Under the pieces are notes generated by a model. That model did no database searches and had not been told where the DNA came from. It saw only the letters and a list, made by a program, of their open reading frames with translations. From positions 131,006,001 to 131,070,000 of the forward strand of contig NC_082713.1 in NCBI RefSeq assembly GCF_030144855.1: a DNA stretch of 64,000 nucleotides, in the 5' to 3' direction. Position numbers and translations under genes: made by a program. Source of the DNA: Hypanus sabinus (taxonomy: Eukaryota). This document shows, in pieces, positions 47,401 to 58,945 of the stretch (positions are counted from its first letter, which is position 1; each line of letters begins with the position of its first letter).

Positions 47401-50400
47401 AGTAAGTTTATTTAAGTTCACATTCCTGCTTTGAAGAGTTCCTTGTGCTGAGTTTGCCTGGCATATATTATTCCTATATTTGCATGTTGTAGCTCAATCT
47501 CTTACCACCCAAGCGTAAAGAGATGCTGGTGCTAATCAGACAAGGGAATTATCTGCTGGTGTTCATCCAACCGTGTCATCCTCCAATTTAGTTGGTGCTC
47601 TGTTTTAAAAACATGGTTATCTCCATTGGATTAGATTTGCAGAGGAGCTCGCAAAGGCTTGCTCTTTTTCAAGAAACTATTTGGACTACTGAGAAAAAGT
47701 TGGCAGCTCCTTAGAGTACAGCTGTTGGTTGAGGAGAGTTAGTTGGCTTCGATACAACAGAAGGATAAGAGCCTTGTGCTTCATTAACTATGTAGAGTGC
47801 AACATATTTAAAGTATGTGGGTCTCTGTCCGTTCAGCCAGAGGAATCTGAACAAACCATTGCAAGGTCAATAACCTTCGGGAAAAGGGAACAGCCTTTCC
47901 TTAGGTAAATACAAGAACCCAATCTCCTGATTATCCTCATCCTGCTTCTCCTTGAAAAGACAAGACTTTAAATTATCAGTGGGAGAATAATGAAACAAGA
48001 TTCTGTAGTATGTGCAATTTCTGTTTGTAGGCTACCTTCCTGGCACTCATTCTACTTTTACTTTCTCTTTAAAATCCAGGAAATGTAAGTTCAAATCCCT
48101 CTGCAGCTGTTTGAAGTTTTTTATTCTTGAAAAATTCTGGGAATAAATAAAAATGGTGTCTGTATAAAGAATTATGAAGCTATGAGATTAAAGTTTTTTA
48201 TAAGCACCTTGAAAGGTCTGTGTACTTATAGATTTTAGTTAGGACATGTTAAGACCTGGTCTTCAAAAGTAAGACCATGTACTCAATTCAGCTGAAACTT
48301 GTGTCTAAAGACTGGACACTTGTGTTAGGACCAGGTACTGTGCACCCTAAAATTGTACTCCTGCTAAGGTTAAAGATTGTTATTGAGCAGGAGAGAGGAG
48401 GAAAACCAAGCACGGAGCATCTTGGAACTGTAACTGAATATAAACATAAAAGAAACACAGTAGTTCAAATAAAAGCTTAATGACTTGACATTGGTAACTG
48501 AAGTTATAGGAACCTTTGCCATGTCAAGATTAATGGTCTGAGAGTATTCTAGCATTTTAATGAAACCATAAACATGTTTATGGGCAAACATATTTCACTA
48601 TTATATCGTCTGCAATATATACAAAGGTTTAAACCATCAGAATGTTTTCTGTGAAATCACCCGACAACTCAGTTGTTGGCATCTTCTCGTGATCATTAAA
48701 ATTAAATGGATGAAACATCTGAAGATGCTTGATCAGCTATTGTATAATTTGTATAACTATAATCTGAAACCTTCAGTAGCCATGTTACATTGCTGGTCCT
48801 TGATTTTGAACTGTATATAATATCTTTTCTGAAGTCTGTCAAAATTTTGGTTTCTCTTCAATATAATTTCAACAAGGGCCTGTTGTTCTCAGGTTTGTTA
48901 TTTTTATCAAAGGTTCAGTCCTTCTCTGCTGCACTACAGGTATGCATTACATACTGGTCTTAAAGCTCATATTTATTCTCTTGTTTGTTCGGAATTCTGC
49001 TGAATTTGATTATTCTGCTGTTCGGGTGTGTCTTCTCTTTTTAAAACTGGATTGCTCCCACAATCACTCACCTTCTACATTTCTCCTCAAAGTTTGTCGG
49101 CTTCAGATGCCAGATTTGCAGCCTCCAAATTAGCCTTTAACTACAGCTGTTAGTATTAACAGCTAATTTACGGGTGACATTCCTAACATGCTGGTTACAC
49201 TTTGTTAATCAGAGGCGAGAGGTAACTTGGCACTGATTGACTTTCCTGTCCTCAACTTATAATTAATGTTCTGGCATGTCTCATTTGATTGGATGTGATT
49301 ATAGTCAAAATCATTGTCCATTTCTGCAGATTTTCTGGCCTTTTAATAGATCTGATTAGATTTAAAACCCAAACTTTCTGCTCAATTTGGGAATCAATTT
49401 CGAAGTCAAAACATTTTGGTTGTCTGTACAATTTGAGCTTTGAAACTACAAGACAAAAGCGAAAACTCAGATGGTGATGTTGGGGTTTGAGGCTCCTGAA
49501 ACTTCAGGATATGACAATTTGTTTCCCAAATCCTGGAAGAGTCACTATTTTTAGTCCGACTCACCCTACCTGATAAGTTGCTTAAGAGAGGAATTTGTCT
49601 AAACCCTGGCAGTGTACAGAAAAGGCGGGGTGTTGCTCACACCTTATGCGATGCTGAAAAGAAGCCAGATCCGCCATATTGCCCTGTGGCAATACAGTTG
49701 ATGCTAAGCATGCATGTGGAAACCAGTGTTAGTAACAGGACAAACTCACTCCCATCCCTGCCCCTGCATTGGTGCACAGTACTGCTGCCATAAATTTCAC
49801 AACTAACGTCGGGAACAATAAATCTGACTCCGATTCTCATAAAAGTTTATGTGGTGGATTGTAGGAGAGTTGGTTGTGGTAGTTTGCCGGATTTTCATCG
49901 TTGCACAATATTGGAGTCTCCTCTGTCATAATGGGGGATATTAGGGCAGCCCAATGGCTGCCCAGTGGCGCCTCTGTTAGAGCTACTGCCTCACAGCTGA
50001 AGGTTCAGTCCTGATTCCAGTGCTGCCACCTTCTACCTGCGACCACGTGGGATTTCTCTGGGTGTTCTGCGACCACAATGCCCTGACCTTTGGAGAGTGA
50101 TAGGAGCAGGTGGCATGGGAAAGTACTCAATTGGGGTAGGGATAATTATGATGCAGGAACTTGGGAATGTAAAATGAGAACAGATCTACTCAAAGTTCAA
50201 AGTGAGCTTATTAACAAAGTACATATTTGTCACCATATACTACCCTGAGATTCATTTCCTTGCAGGCATTCACAGTAGAACAATCAGGGTGGAAAAGTCA
50301 AGGTGGCACATGTCAGGATTACGATGGAACAGAACCCACTTCTCTGGATATGTAGCTGAATAACTCTCAAGAAACTGTTTAGTAAACAGAACGAGAGCTT

Positions 50401-51789
50401 ATTTTTTAGGTATCTATTAAAGTAGTGTGGATATCGTTGCCCATACCGGCATTTGGCGTCCATTGCTGCGGCTTAAAATTAAGCCCCTCACTGTGATTGG
50501 AACTGCATACAGGCCAGACCAGGTAAGGTTCAGACACAGAGTCAGTGGAGGTTGGAATCAGTTCAACTCTACAACTGACAGACTCCCTTTCAAAGTTCAA
50601 AGTAAATTTATTATCAAAGTATGTTAGCCATATCCAACCTTAAGGTTCATTTCACAAAGAAGTGCAAAGGAATCCATGAAATCCATGAACAAGCCACACA
50701 TCACAAAGAATGACAAATATCCAAAGTGCAGAAGAGGACAATTTATGAAAATATTTGTTTAAAAAGTTATCAAATAATGCTGAAAATCTTGAACCGCTCA
50801 GTCTCTGAAAGTGGGTCCACAGGCTACAGAGTTAGTTCAGTGCTGAGGTGAGTGAAGGAATCCACATGACTGCAGGGCAGCAACTTCTCCCGAACCAAGA
50901 CTCCTGCACCTCCCACCCTATGGTAACAGTGAGAAGAGAGGGAGATGGGTTAAAAGCAGGCAGATGCGATGGCCTAAGGTGGCGAATCTTGGCTGGCTGG
51001 ATAAGTGGAGCTGAATGCTAGTTCATTTTCTTCTCTTGGGCCTAAACGCTTTAATCTGTCTTGAGGTTTGCCCCGGCGGTGGCCAACCTTTGTCCACTTC
51101 AAGGTGCTGCACCTGCATTCCTGAGAGTTAAGTTCCTTCAGGAGATCATAAAATCGCCAGGTTGTAGAAGGTTCTAAAGTACATTTCTTAAAGTGAAATT
51201 ACAGGCTGCAGATTACAGTCGTTCAGAAGGGGTATGTCTAGTAGAATATCTGATGGTTTTGTGACCTGCCTGCAAAACGTCACAAGGATTCTGCAATTCA
51301 TGTTCTCAATATTATTTATTTACTTTGTAATTTGTCTTCTTCTGCAAATTGGTTGTATGTCAGTCTTTGTTTATATGTAGCTTTCATAAATTCTATTTTA
51401 TTGCTTTATTTTCCTGTAAGTGCCTGCAAACAAATGCATAGCAATGTAGTAGATGGTGATGGCATACACATACTTTGATAATAAATTTACTTTGATTTTG
51501 ACTTTGATAATGGACTATGGATTCTGCAGTCTGCTGGCTTATATAAAGTGCTGATGGAATTCAACTGGCCAAGCAGCATGTGAGGGGAGAAAGGAATTGT
51601 TGACATTTCGGGTCAAAGCCCTGCATCAGGTAAGGTTAGCAGATCCCCTTCCCTGAAAGACATTGATGAAGCAGATGGATTTTTAAATGGAAAATCAAAA
51701 GTTTTATGGTTCCATTACTGAGAATAGCTTTATGTCTAATTCTTTAAATTTAGATATCTAAACAGATGCTAGTCCTGTAACTTAAGCAC

Positions 51790-52562
51790 TTCAGCAATGA
51801 AGCCTTTGAAAGTATTTGATTGAACTAAAGAGTTGCAAAGTAATGTTGCAGCTCTATCAAACTTAGGTGAGACCATTTTCGAAATATTGTGTTCATTTCT
51901 GGTTGCCTCATTATGGAAAGTTTGTGGAAGCTTCAGAGAGGGTGCAGAAGATGGTGCCTGGAATAGAAAGCACATCTTATGAGGAGCAACACACACAAAA
52001 TGCTGGATGAACTCAGCAGGCCAGGCAGCATCTATGGAAAAGAGTAAACAGATGAAGGGTTTTGGCTCGAAACATCGACTGTTTACCCTTTTCTATGGAT
52101 GCTGCCTGGCCTGCTGAGTTTATCCAGCATTTTGTGCATGTTGCTTTGGATTTCTAGCACCTGCAGATTTTCTTGTGTTTGGGATAACTTATGAGAATAG
52201 ATTTTTTCTCTTTGGAGTGAATAAGGATGAGAGGTGACTTGATAGAGGTGTACGAGATAATAAGAGGCATAGATCGAGTGGACAGCTAGAGATTTTTCCC
52301 AGGGAGAAATGACTAGTACAAAGGGGGATGTCAGAGGCATTTCTTTTTATGAAGAGAGTGGCAGGTGCGTAGAATGCCCTGTCAGGAGTGGTGTAGAGGC
52401 AGATGCATTAGGGACATTTAAGGGACTCTTAGATAAGCGCATGGACGTTAGAAAAATGGATGGCCATGTGGGAAGGAAGGATTGCGTTGATCTTGGTTGG
52501 GATAGGTTAAAGAATTGGCACAACGTTAGAGGCTGAAGGACCTGTACAAGGCTGTACTGTTC
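51790..52562 (+). mobile_element. CR1 LINE 3' end, split by a Penelope insertion
   Basis: aggatgagaggtgacttgatagaggtgtac; tttttcccaggg; tail ggctgaaggacctgtac..gctgtactgttct. Confidence 0.8.
51984..52187. mobile_element. Fold-back Penelope mini-insertion with 8-bp TSD
   Basis: Arms agcaac...gtaaacag / ctgtttac...gttgct; cttatgag on both sides. Confidence 0.85.
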
Positions 52563-54492
52563 TGTGAGAGTCTCAGAGATCTGTGGATTTCCCACTCATG
52601 AGTTGACACCAAACTGACATCAAATTGAGGTGGTGTCACCTCCAGTAATGCACTGTGTTCAGGGCATGTCCTTGGTCTCACTGTTTATATGGGCACCCAA
52701 ATGGAATTTTACCTTCAGAATATACAAACAGGAAAAACAACATGTATTTATGGCAAAGGTTATCCTATCACTCACAAGCATCTCTACACATTTGACCACT
52801 GAACTGACCATTCCAGTCCCATATCCGTGAAAGAGCTATCCATTGTTCCACTCCACTACAGCTCCCTCGTCCTCTACAATTCATTACTTTTGCACTGCCC
52901 TTTCAAAGTTAAAATTGAACCTTTTCCACTGCCATTTCAGGCAGAGTTGTCCAGATCATAACTTGTGTTGACAATGGTCACGCAGGGAGTTTGTAATCTT
53001 TTTCATTCAGCCAGATGCCAAAAACACAAAATGATTAATTACTGGCTGGGACCATTAAGTTTTATTCAGTCAGAATTTTTAAAAAATCTTTTTATTCACA
53101 TTTTTAACATTGACAACAGGGATTCTGTAGCTGGCTTTTTGGTTAATAGCAACTGCATCTATATCAGAGAAACAGTAACACAGGAAGTAGATCAGTCCCT
53201 CTTTGCTATCAATCTATCTTTACATTCTTCTGTAATATGATCCATGGCAAAGCATAATACAAATCACAATATTTTATGGAAAGAAGTAAATAATCTTCAG
53301 GGTTGTACTTTAAGGGTTAGGTATGCACTTTGTAATTATTAACTCTTAAATTTATTACCCGTGGCATGTGCAGTAGTTCAATTAGCTCCAGTCTACTCAT
53401 TTCAGCATTTTATATCTATTACTGTAGGCATCCAACTTCCAATAATAAAGGGATCCTGCTTTCCTTTTGAGAAGAGGCAGGAGAGGTATTTTGAAAGTGA
53501 AATCTTCCCCGAAAGCATAAATGGAAAGGTGAAAGGATTTCAGATATCTTGGAAAGCACTGTCCTTTAAATTGTCCAATTCAATACTCCCTCTGCATATG
53601 ACATTCATTAACTTTCCAGCAACAACATGGTATCATGTTTTAATCCTTCATTTTTGATTAAAATATTTATTATAAGTTTGAAAAAAAATGCACCAAAGTA
53701 ACAACCATACAAAAACCAAACAATAGTCTATGCTCAAGCCCTGTGGTTTTCAATGAATGAATGTTAAAGATATTTTTCATTCCATTAGCTTCCAAGATAT
53801 TTTACAGATGCTCTAACTGTATTTCAATGAGAGCCGCACTGAAGCTTTCTTGCCTCTGCCCTAACATATTGTTGTATCGCTCTGAATATAGCCTGTAGGG
53901 TAGATGAATTTGTTTAGGCCACTTGACCAGATTTGATTGGAAAATCATTCATCTGATTGACTGAATTTCCTGAGGCAAACACTAGAGTTAGTGAACAAAA
54001 TTATTCTCAGTCCTAGGATAATGATATGGCACCCAATGAAAACTTGGTGGGGATGGGGTGCAGAAGGTAATGAAAAGAAATGTGAAATGGTGAAGAATAT
54101 TCCCTTTGGCATTACCATCGTAGAATTCAATAGGTTCAGGCCAGTGTGGTTGAGATCTTGCGAATTGTTGTTGTTGTTGCATGGTACTGTTTAATTTTGA
54201 GTAAAAGCCAAATGGTTGAGGGATACAATGAAAACACTATATACAAGAGAAATATCTTGTTATTTAACTCTAACATCTATAGATTTCTGGTATGTGACAA
54301 CTGCAATATTGCAAATGGCCAGTCATGAGAAATCCTGCCTGTTCTCAAACTCTGTTACTGGTTCAGCCTGCCTTTGAAAGAAAGACACCGCTTCCTGTTA
54401 AAAACTGTGTGTAGCTCCACACTCACCATCTCAACAACATATTTAACAGTTGGCATACTCAGAAATGTTCCTTAGCTCTGGGCTGTGTAAAT

Positions 54493-54870
54493 GGAATCAG
54501 AATCAGCATTATTATTACAGACATATGTCACAAAACTTGTCGACTTGCAATAGCAATACAGTGTAAGAATTTAAATTACTACAAGTTACATGACTAAATA
54601 AATAGAGCAAAAAAAAACAAATGATGATATAGTGTTCATGGATTTATGGACCATTCAGAAATCTCATGGTGGAGGGTAAGAAGCTGTTCCAAAAATATAG
54701 AGTGTGGGTCTTCAGGCTCCTATGCCACCTCCCCAATGGTAGTCACATGAAGAGAGCATGTCCTGGATGGTGAGGGTCCTTAATGATAGATGCTGCCTCC
54801 TTGAGGCTTCACCTCTTGGGGATATCCTTAATGGTGAGGAGGTTTGTCTCCTTGATGGGACTGGCTTCAA
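54493..54870 (-). mobile_element. Rex1/Babar LINE 3' end
   Basis: gaatcagaatcag tail (rc of ctgattctgattc); gcatgtcctggatggtgagggtccttaatgatagatgctgcc. Confidence 0.7.
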
Positions 54871-55109
54871 GTTATCAAGGAAATTGGTATGAAACCCAGC
54901 ATACTCCAGACCAAATGACCCTGCAGCCACTTTCCCTTTCCAATATTCTCAGTACCAAAATTTTTTATGCTAATAGCCTACAATTGGAAATGATTTGCAG
55001 TACATTAACTATTCAAATGTAGTAACTTGCCTTTCTTAACCCTATCCTATTTCTTTAATCCTATCCTTACATAGGATTACATTTAAAAAGCACAGTTAGA
55101 AGTTAAGAG

Positions 55110-55567
55110 CCCAACAATTTACAATGGACAACCCACACCTTCCGCCCCAGCACATCTCACTACACTATTGGTGGTATCTACATTAGGTACTGCCTCATGA
55201 AGGGAAAATCCATCATCAAAGATCTCCACCATCTGGGCTATGCCATCTTCTTGCAGCCACCATCAAGCAAGAGTTACAAAAGCCTGAAGTCCTACAGCAT
55301 CAGGTGCAAGAATATCTAATCCCTTCAGTCATTTGGTTCTTGAACCAACCTGCAAAACTCTAGTCATTGCCTCAGTATAGCAACACCATGATTACTTCGG
55401 ATTACAATGAACTTTGTTGTTTTAGTTCTCAATGTGTTTCTTCATGAAAAACATGTTTTTCTTGTGAATGTTGTGCATCTGATGCTATATGCTTGTGATG
55501 CTGCTACAAGTAGGTTTTTGTTGTACCTTTGCATATTTGTACTTGATCATACTTGACTTTGACTTTG
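55110..55567 (+). mobile_element. Rex1/Babar LINE 3' end
   Basis: tccatcatcaaagatctccaccatctgggctatgccatcttc; tail cttgactttgactttga. Confidence 0.65.
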
Positions 55568-56259
55568 AAGTTGGTGATAAGGAGGTGATGTGAGAGCCAT
55601 AAGAACAATGATTACACCACAGGTGCTGACCAGCTACACTTTAATGCAACAAGTACTGGAGTTTGTACTGAAGATTGGCACACCAAGGATTTGGGTCTGC
55701 ATTGAGCTCGTTGGATGCAAGTAAAATTTTCTCAGGTTGCAGTAACCCTCAGTGGAGAGGATTTGTTCAGATCCCAGTCAATGGTTTGTGAGCTTGCAAT
55801 TTTAACAGAAGTGCACTTAAATTTACAGTTTTGGACGGGGACCATCATGACAGCTTTACGTAGGGCAGGAGTGTGCAAATGGTGTCCATGATTCTTGGCA
55901 GTACTGTCCATGACGCTTTTACAGGTTATACAGGTTGAATATCCTTTATCCAAAAATCCAAGATCTGTAAACCTCCAAAGTCCAAAGATTTTTTGAGCGC
56001 TGACATGACAACATAAAATGGAAAATTCCAGAAGGCACTGGAAATGTTCCCAGGTGGCGCACAGATCTGTACACACCACAGACAGTTTTGAGAAGTGACC
56101 TCATATATGCAATGAATAGAAGTTAATGAAAAATAGAAAAACACTGCACAAAGTGAAAATGATCTTGATTGTGTATTGAAAGAGTGGATTCATCATAAAT
56201 GGAGTGAATATACTGTATGCCGCTTAAAAATATGCTTATCATGAAACAAGATCTATCAG

Positions 56260-57802
56260 AAAAATCCTTGAACCCACCTTCCACACCTCTAAATTAAAAC
56301 ATGTCTACACCAGCCCCTTAGCCCTACCACCATCAGCCTCGCAACCCCTCCCACATAAACCCCACAGCACCCAGGTTTATCAAGGTGAATTATATCTTCA
56401 TGGTGATGTTACGAACGTGCCACAACTCTGAGGGGCCAAAGGGTACAAAGTAGCCCCCTCCTTTTTGAGAATCACAAGATCGCTATTAATTCAGGTCAGG
56501 AGACCCAGGAAATGAGAGAGAGACATGCAGAATCCTCAAGGGGTTTGGAATGTCCTGGCCCCTCAGCGATACAAAGCCACGGGAAACGGCTATTGTCTCT
56601 TGGAGACAGAATTGTGTATTGAGTACTGTGCTATTTATTTGAAGCCCTCAGGGAATGAACAAAGTGGGCTGGTTGAGGGATGGCATCATTCCAACCTGAT
56701 TGACATCTGAGACCCCGTAAGGATAAAAGAAGGTCTGGGGAACAACCCCTTTAGACGCACCAGGAGAAACGCTAGAAATCCCGTGACAGCGTTTAATAGC
56801 GACAGCCGGTGGGGCCCGCAAGCGTCCTTTCCCGTTGTCCGGGATTGGCGGGACTGACCCGGAAGACAGCTTAGCTAAAAGGAAAAGGACACCAACGACA
56901 TTTCGAAGGATCGACATCATAAAAAGGAAAAACTCTGGCAAGTTCCAAAACCTGTCTCTCTCTTGACTCCAACCAAAAGCTGCAGCCTGAATGAACTAAA
57001 GTGACTTTTATATTTCCAACAGACAATACATTATCCCCTAGACAATGACAGAGCTATTTCTTATTGATTATTATTATACCCGCGCTTTTAGATTTAGTAT
57101 TGACAATGTATATTATCTGTATGTTTGCATTGATATTATTTTTGTGTATTTTTATCAATAAATACTGTTAAAAATAGTACCATCAGACTTCAACGGACCT
57201 CTCTATCTTTGCTGGTAAGTGACCCAGTTACGGTGTACATAACAACTTGGGGTTCTCGTCTCGAGGTGAATTATATCTTCATGGTGAGAAGACTTTTGGA
57301 CTTGCGCACTGTTCGAGGTGTTTGGCAATACCTCGTGGACCGGGAATGGTTCAAACCCAAGCCGAGGTGCTGGGTGCCTGAAAGAGCACCCAGACATTTT
57401 GGATCTGGCTCTCATCCACGATTACCATCACCACTTCTCTGAGCAGCCAGGGCCGTCAGGAGTCACCATAGGGAAGGGGGTCCTGTTACAAGATGCTCCC
57501 AATTGTGTCAGCTTCTGGGATTTAGACTCTTGAGCTCTCCAGAGTATGGTTAGTTGGTGCAGCCCCTTTAAGGGTTCAGGACAGTCCTGCTAATTGGTAA
57601 TCATGTTTTGGGTGCTAAGAATCGAGTACTTAAGGAACTCCTGAACTGAAGTTTGGTGCTCATTCGTAAGCATGACTCATGATTTCCTCTAGTGTTTGCT
57701 TTGTGCTCAGTTCATGATCCAGTTTGATTCCATGTCTTGATCTGTAGTTCGGATACTCCAGCATTTGGGTCCAAGCCAATCTAGTTGAGGACTCTCGTCA
57801 CA
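56260..57802 (+). mobile_element. Chromovirus (Sushi-like Gypsy) 3' remnant: integrase tail, chromodomain, PPT and 3' LTR (57484-57802)
   Basis: PTFHTSKLKHV..SPLALPP (about 56275); YIFMVRRLLDLRTVRGVWQYLVDREWFKPKPRCWVP / DILDLALIHDYH; PPT agggaaggggg at 57470-57480; LTR tgttaca...cgtcaca. Confidence 0.8.
56407..57263 (+). mobile_element. Single 838-bp LTR (56407-57244) plus a 19-nt PBS-like stub, flanked by a 24-bp direct duplication
   Basis: tgttacg...cataaca ends; ggataaaag TATA-like box and AATAAA in + orientation; stub act-tggggttctcgtctcg; aggtgaattatatcttcatggtga at 56383-56406 and 57264-57287. Confidence 0.85.
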
Positions 57803-58714
57803 TGCCAAGCTTGTCGCTGATGAAAATCTAGCTCCAGAATGAGTCTTCAATGCTGTTTGTTTTTATTCCTTATGCAAAACCTAAAATAAAACTTAAAATA
57901 CAAATACAGTGTACTGTAACTTTTAATCAAAACATGGCATCAAAAGTGGAGACTGAATGACTGCTGTAGTTTGTTGTTGTTCAACATCTGATTCAGGTAG
58001 CCTCCTGATGCTGCTGCACTGCTTTTGTTACCCTTCACACATTATACAGTAATGGTATGTAAAAACTGCTACTGTTAAGCACACGCGTGTGATGAACAAG
58101 TGTAAGACAAAGACTGCTTACCTGTAGCACATGAATTTCGAGTCGGAAATGTTGGCGATTCCCAAATTATATACAGTATATTATATGGTATATAAAAGTA
58201 CATAATATATATTATTCATGTATATTATATTTTAAATAAAAATAATATTCCAAAATCCAAAATTCAGAACATTCTATCCCCGAGCATTTCGGATAAAGGG
58301 TACTCAACCTGTAAACCACATTAGTATTGTTAGACTGCTTTTTTAATCTTCATTCTTCATCGACTGTAGTGTCCAGCTGAGTACTGGGAACAACAAATCA
58401 TCATCTCCCATCATTGCCACTGACCATAACCACATCCCTGGTAACTGTCTCAGATTGTTTACAATCTCTACTTACAACTTAGCCTGAACATGGTTCACAA
58501 ATCCATATGTTCACCATCACATAAGTTATCTGCTTCCTCCTGTGTAACAGTACCCACCTGCAATCTGACAGGTAAAAAAGGATCCTGTGCTTTCCCAGCA
58601 AATATGATACATAAACTCTTCTTGTTCTTCCACCCGGGTCCAGGTGTCAATTTTAACCAACGCTTCAATGACAGCCTCCGCCATATTTATCAGGATGAAT
58701 GCCTAGACATGCCT

Positions 58715-58945
58715 TATCACAACACCAGCGACTCGGGCTCTGTTCCGCTGCTGTCTGTAAGGAATTTGTAAGTTCTCCCCATGACCATGTAGGTTTCCTC
58801 CAAGTATTCTGGTTTTCTCTCACATGCCAAAGATATACGAGTTAGTAGGTTAATTGGTCACATGAGTGGAACTGGGCAGTGCAGGCTCATTGGGCTGGAA
58901 GGGTCTGTTACCTTACTGTATCTCTAAATAAAATGAATAAAGTAA
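58715..58945 (+). mobile_element. V-SINE
   Basis: gctgtctgtaaggaatttgtaagttctccccatgaccatgtaggtttcctcc...ccaaagatatac; tail gggctggaagggtctgttacc..ctgtatctctaaataaaa. Confidence 0.75.

Larger units (their letters stand above)
55931..58311 (+). mobile_element. Tigger4/Zombi-like pogo DNA transposon (internally deleted), host of nested LTR insertions
   Basis: TIRs caggttgaatatcctttatccaaaa / tttcggataaagggtactcaacctg with TA on both sides; transposase remnants RKTLHK..DLDCVLKEWIH (about 56135-56200) and AKLVADENLAPE*VFNA (about 57803-57855). Confidence 0.88.

Noticed and set aside
50410-50528. TTTTTAG ... CAG|GTAAGG exon-like segment
   Set aside because: Stops in all three frames and flanked by LINE debris; unsupported without RNA data.
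53988-54182. ORF starting MQQQQQ
   Set aside because: The polyQ comes from a short (TTG)n microsatellite and the rest is unrecognisable.
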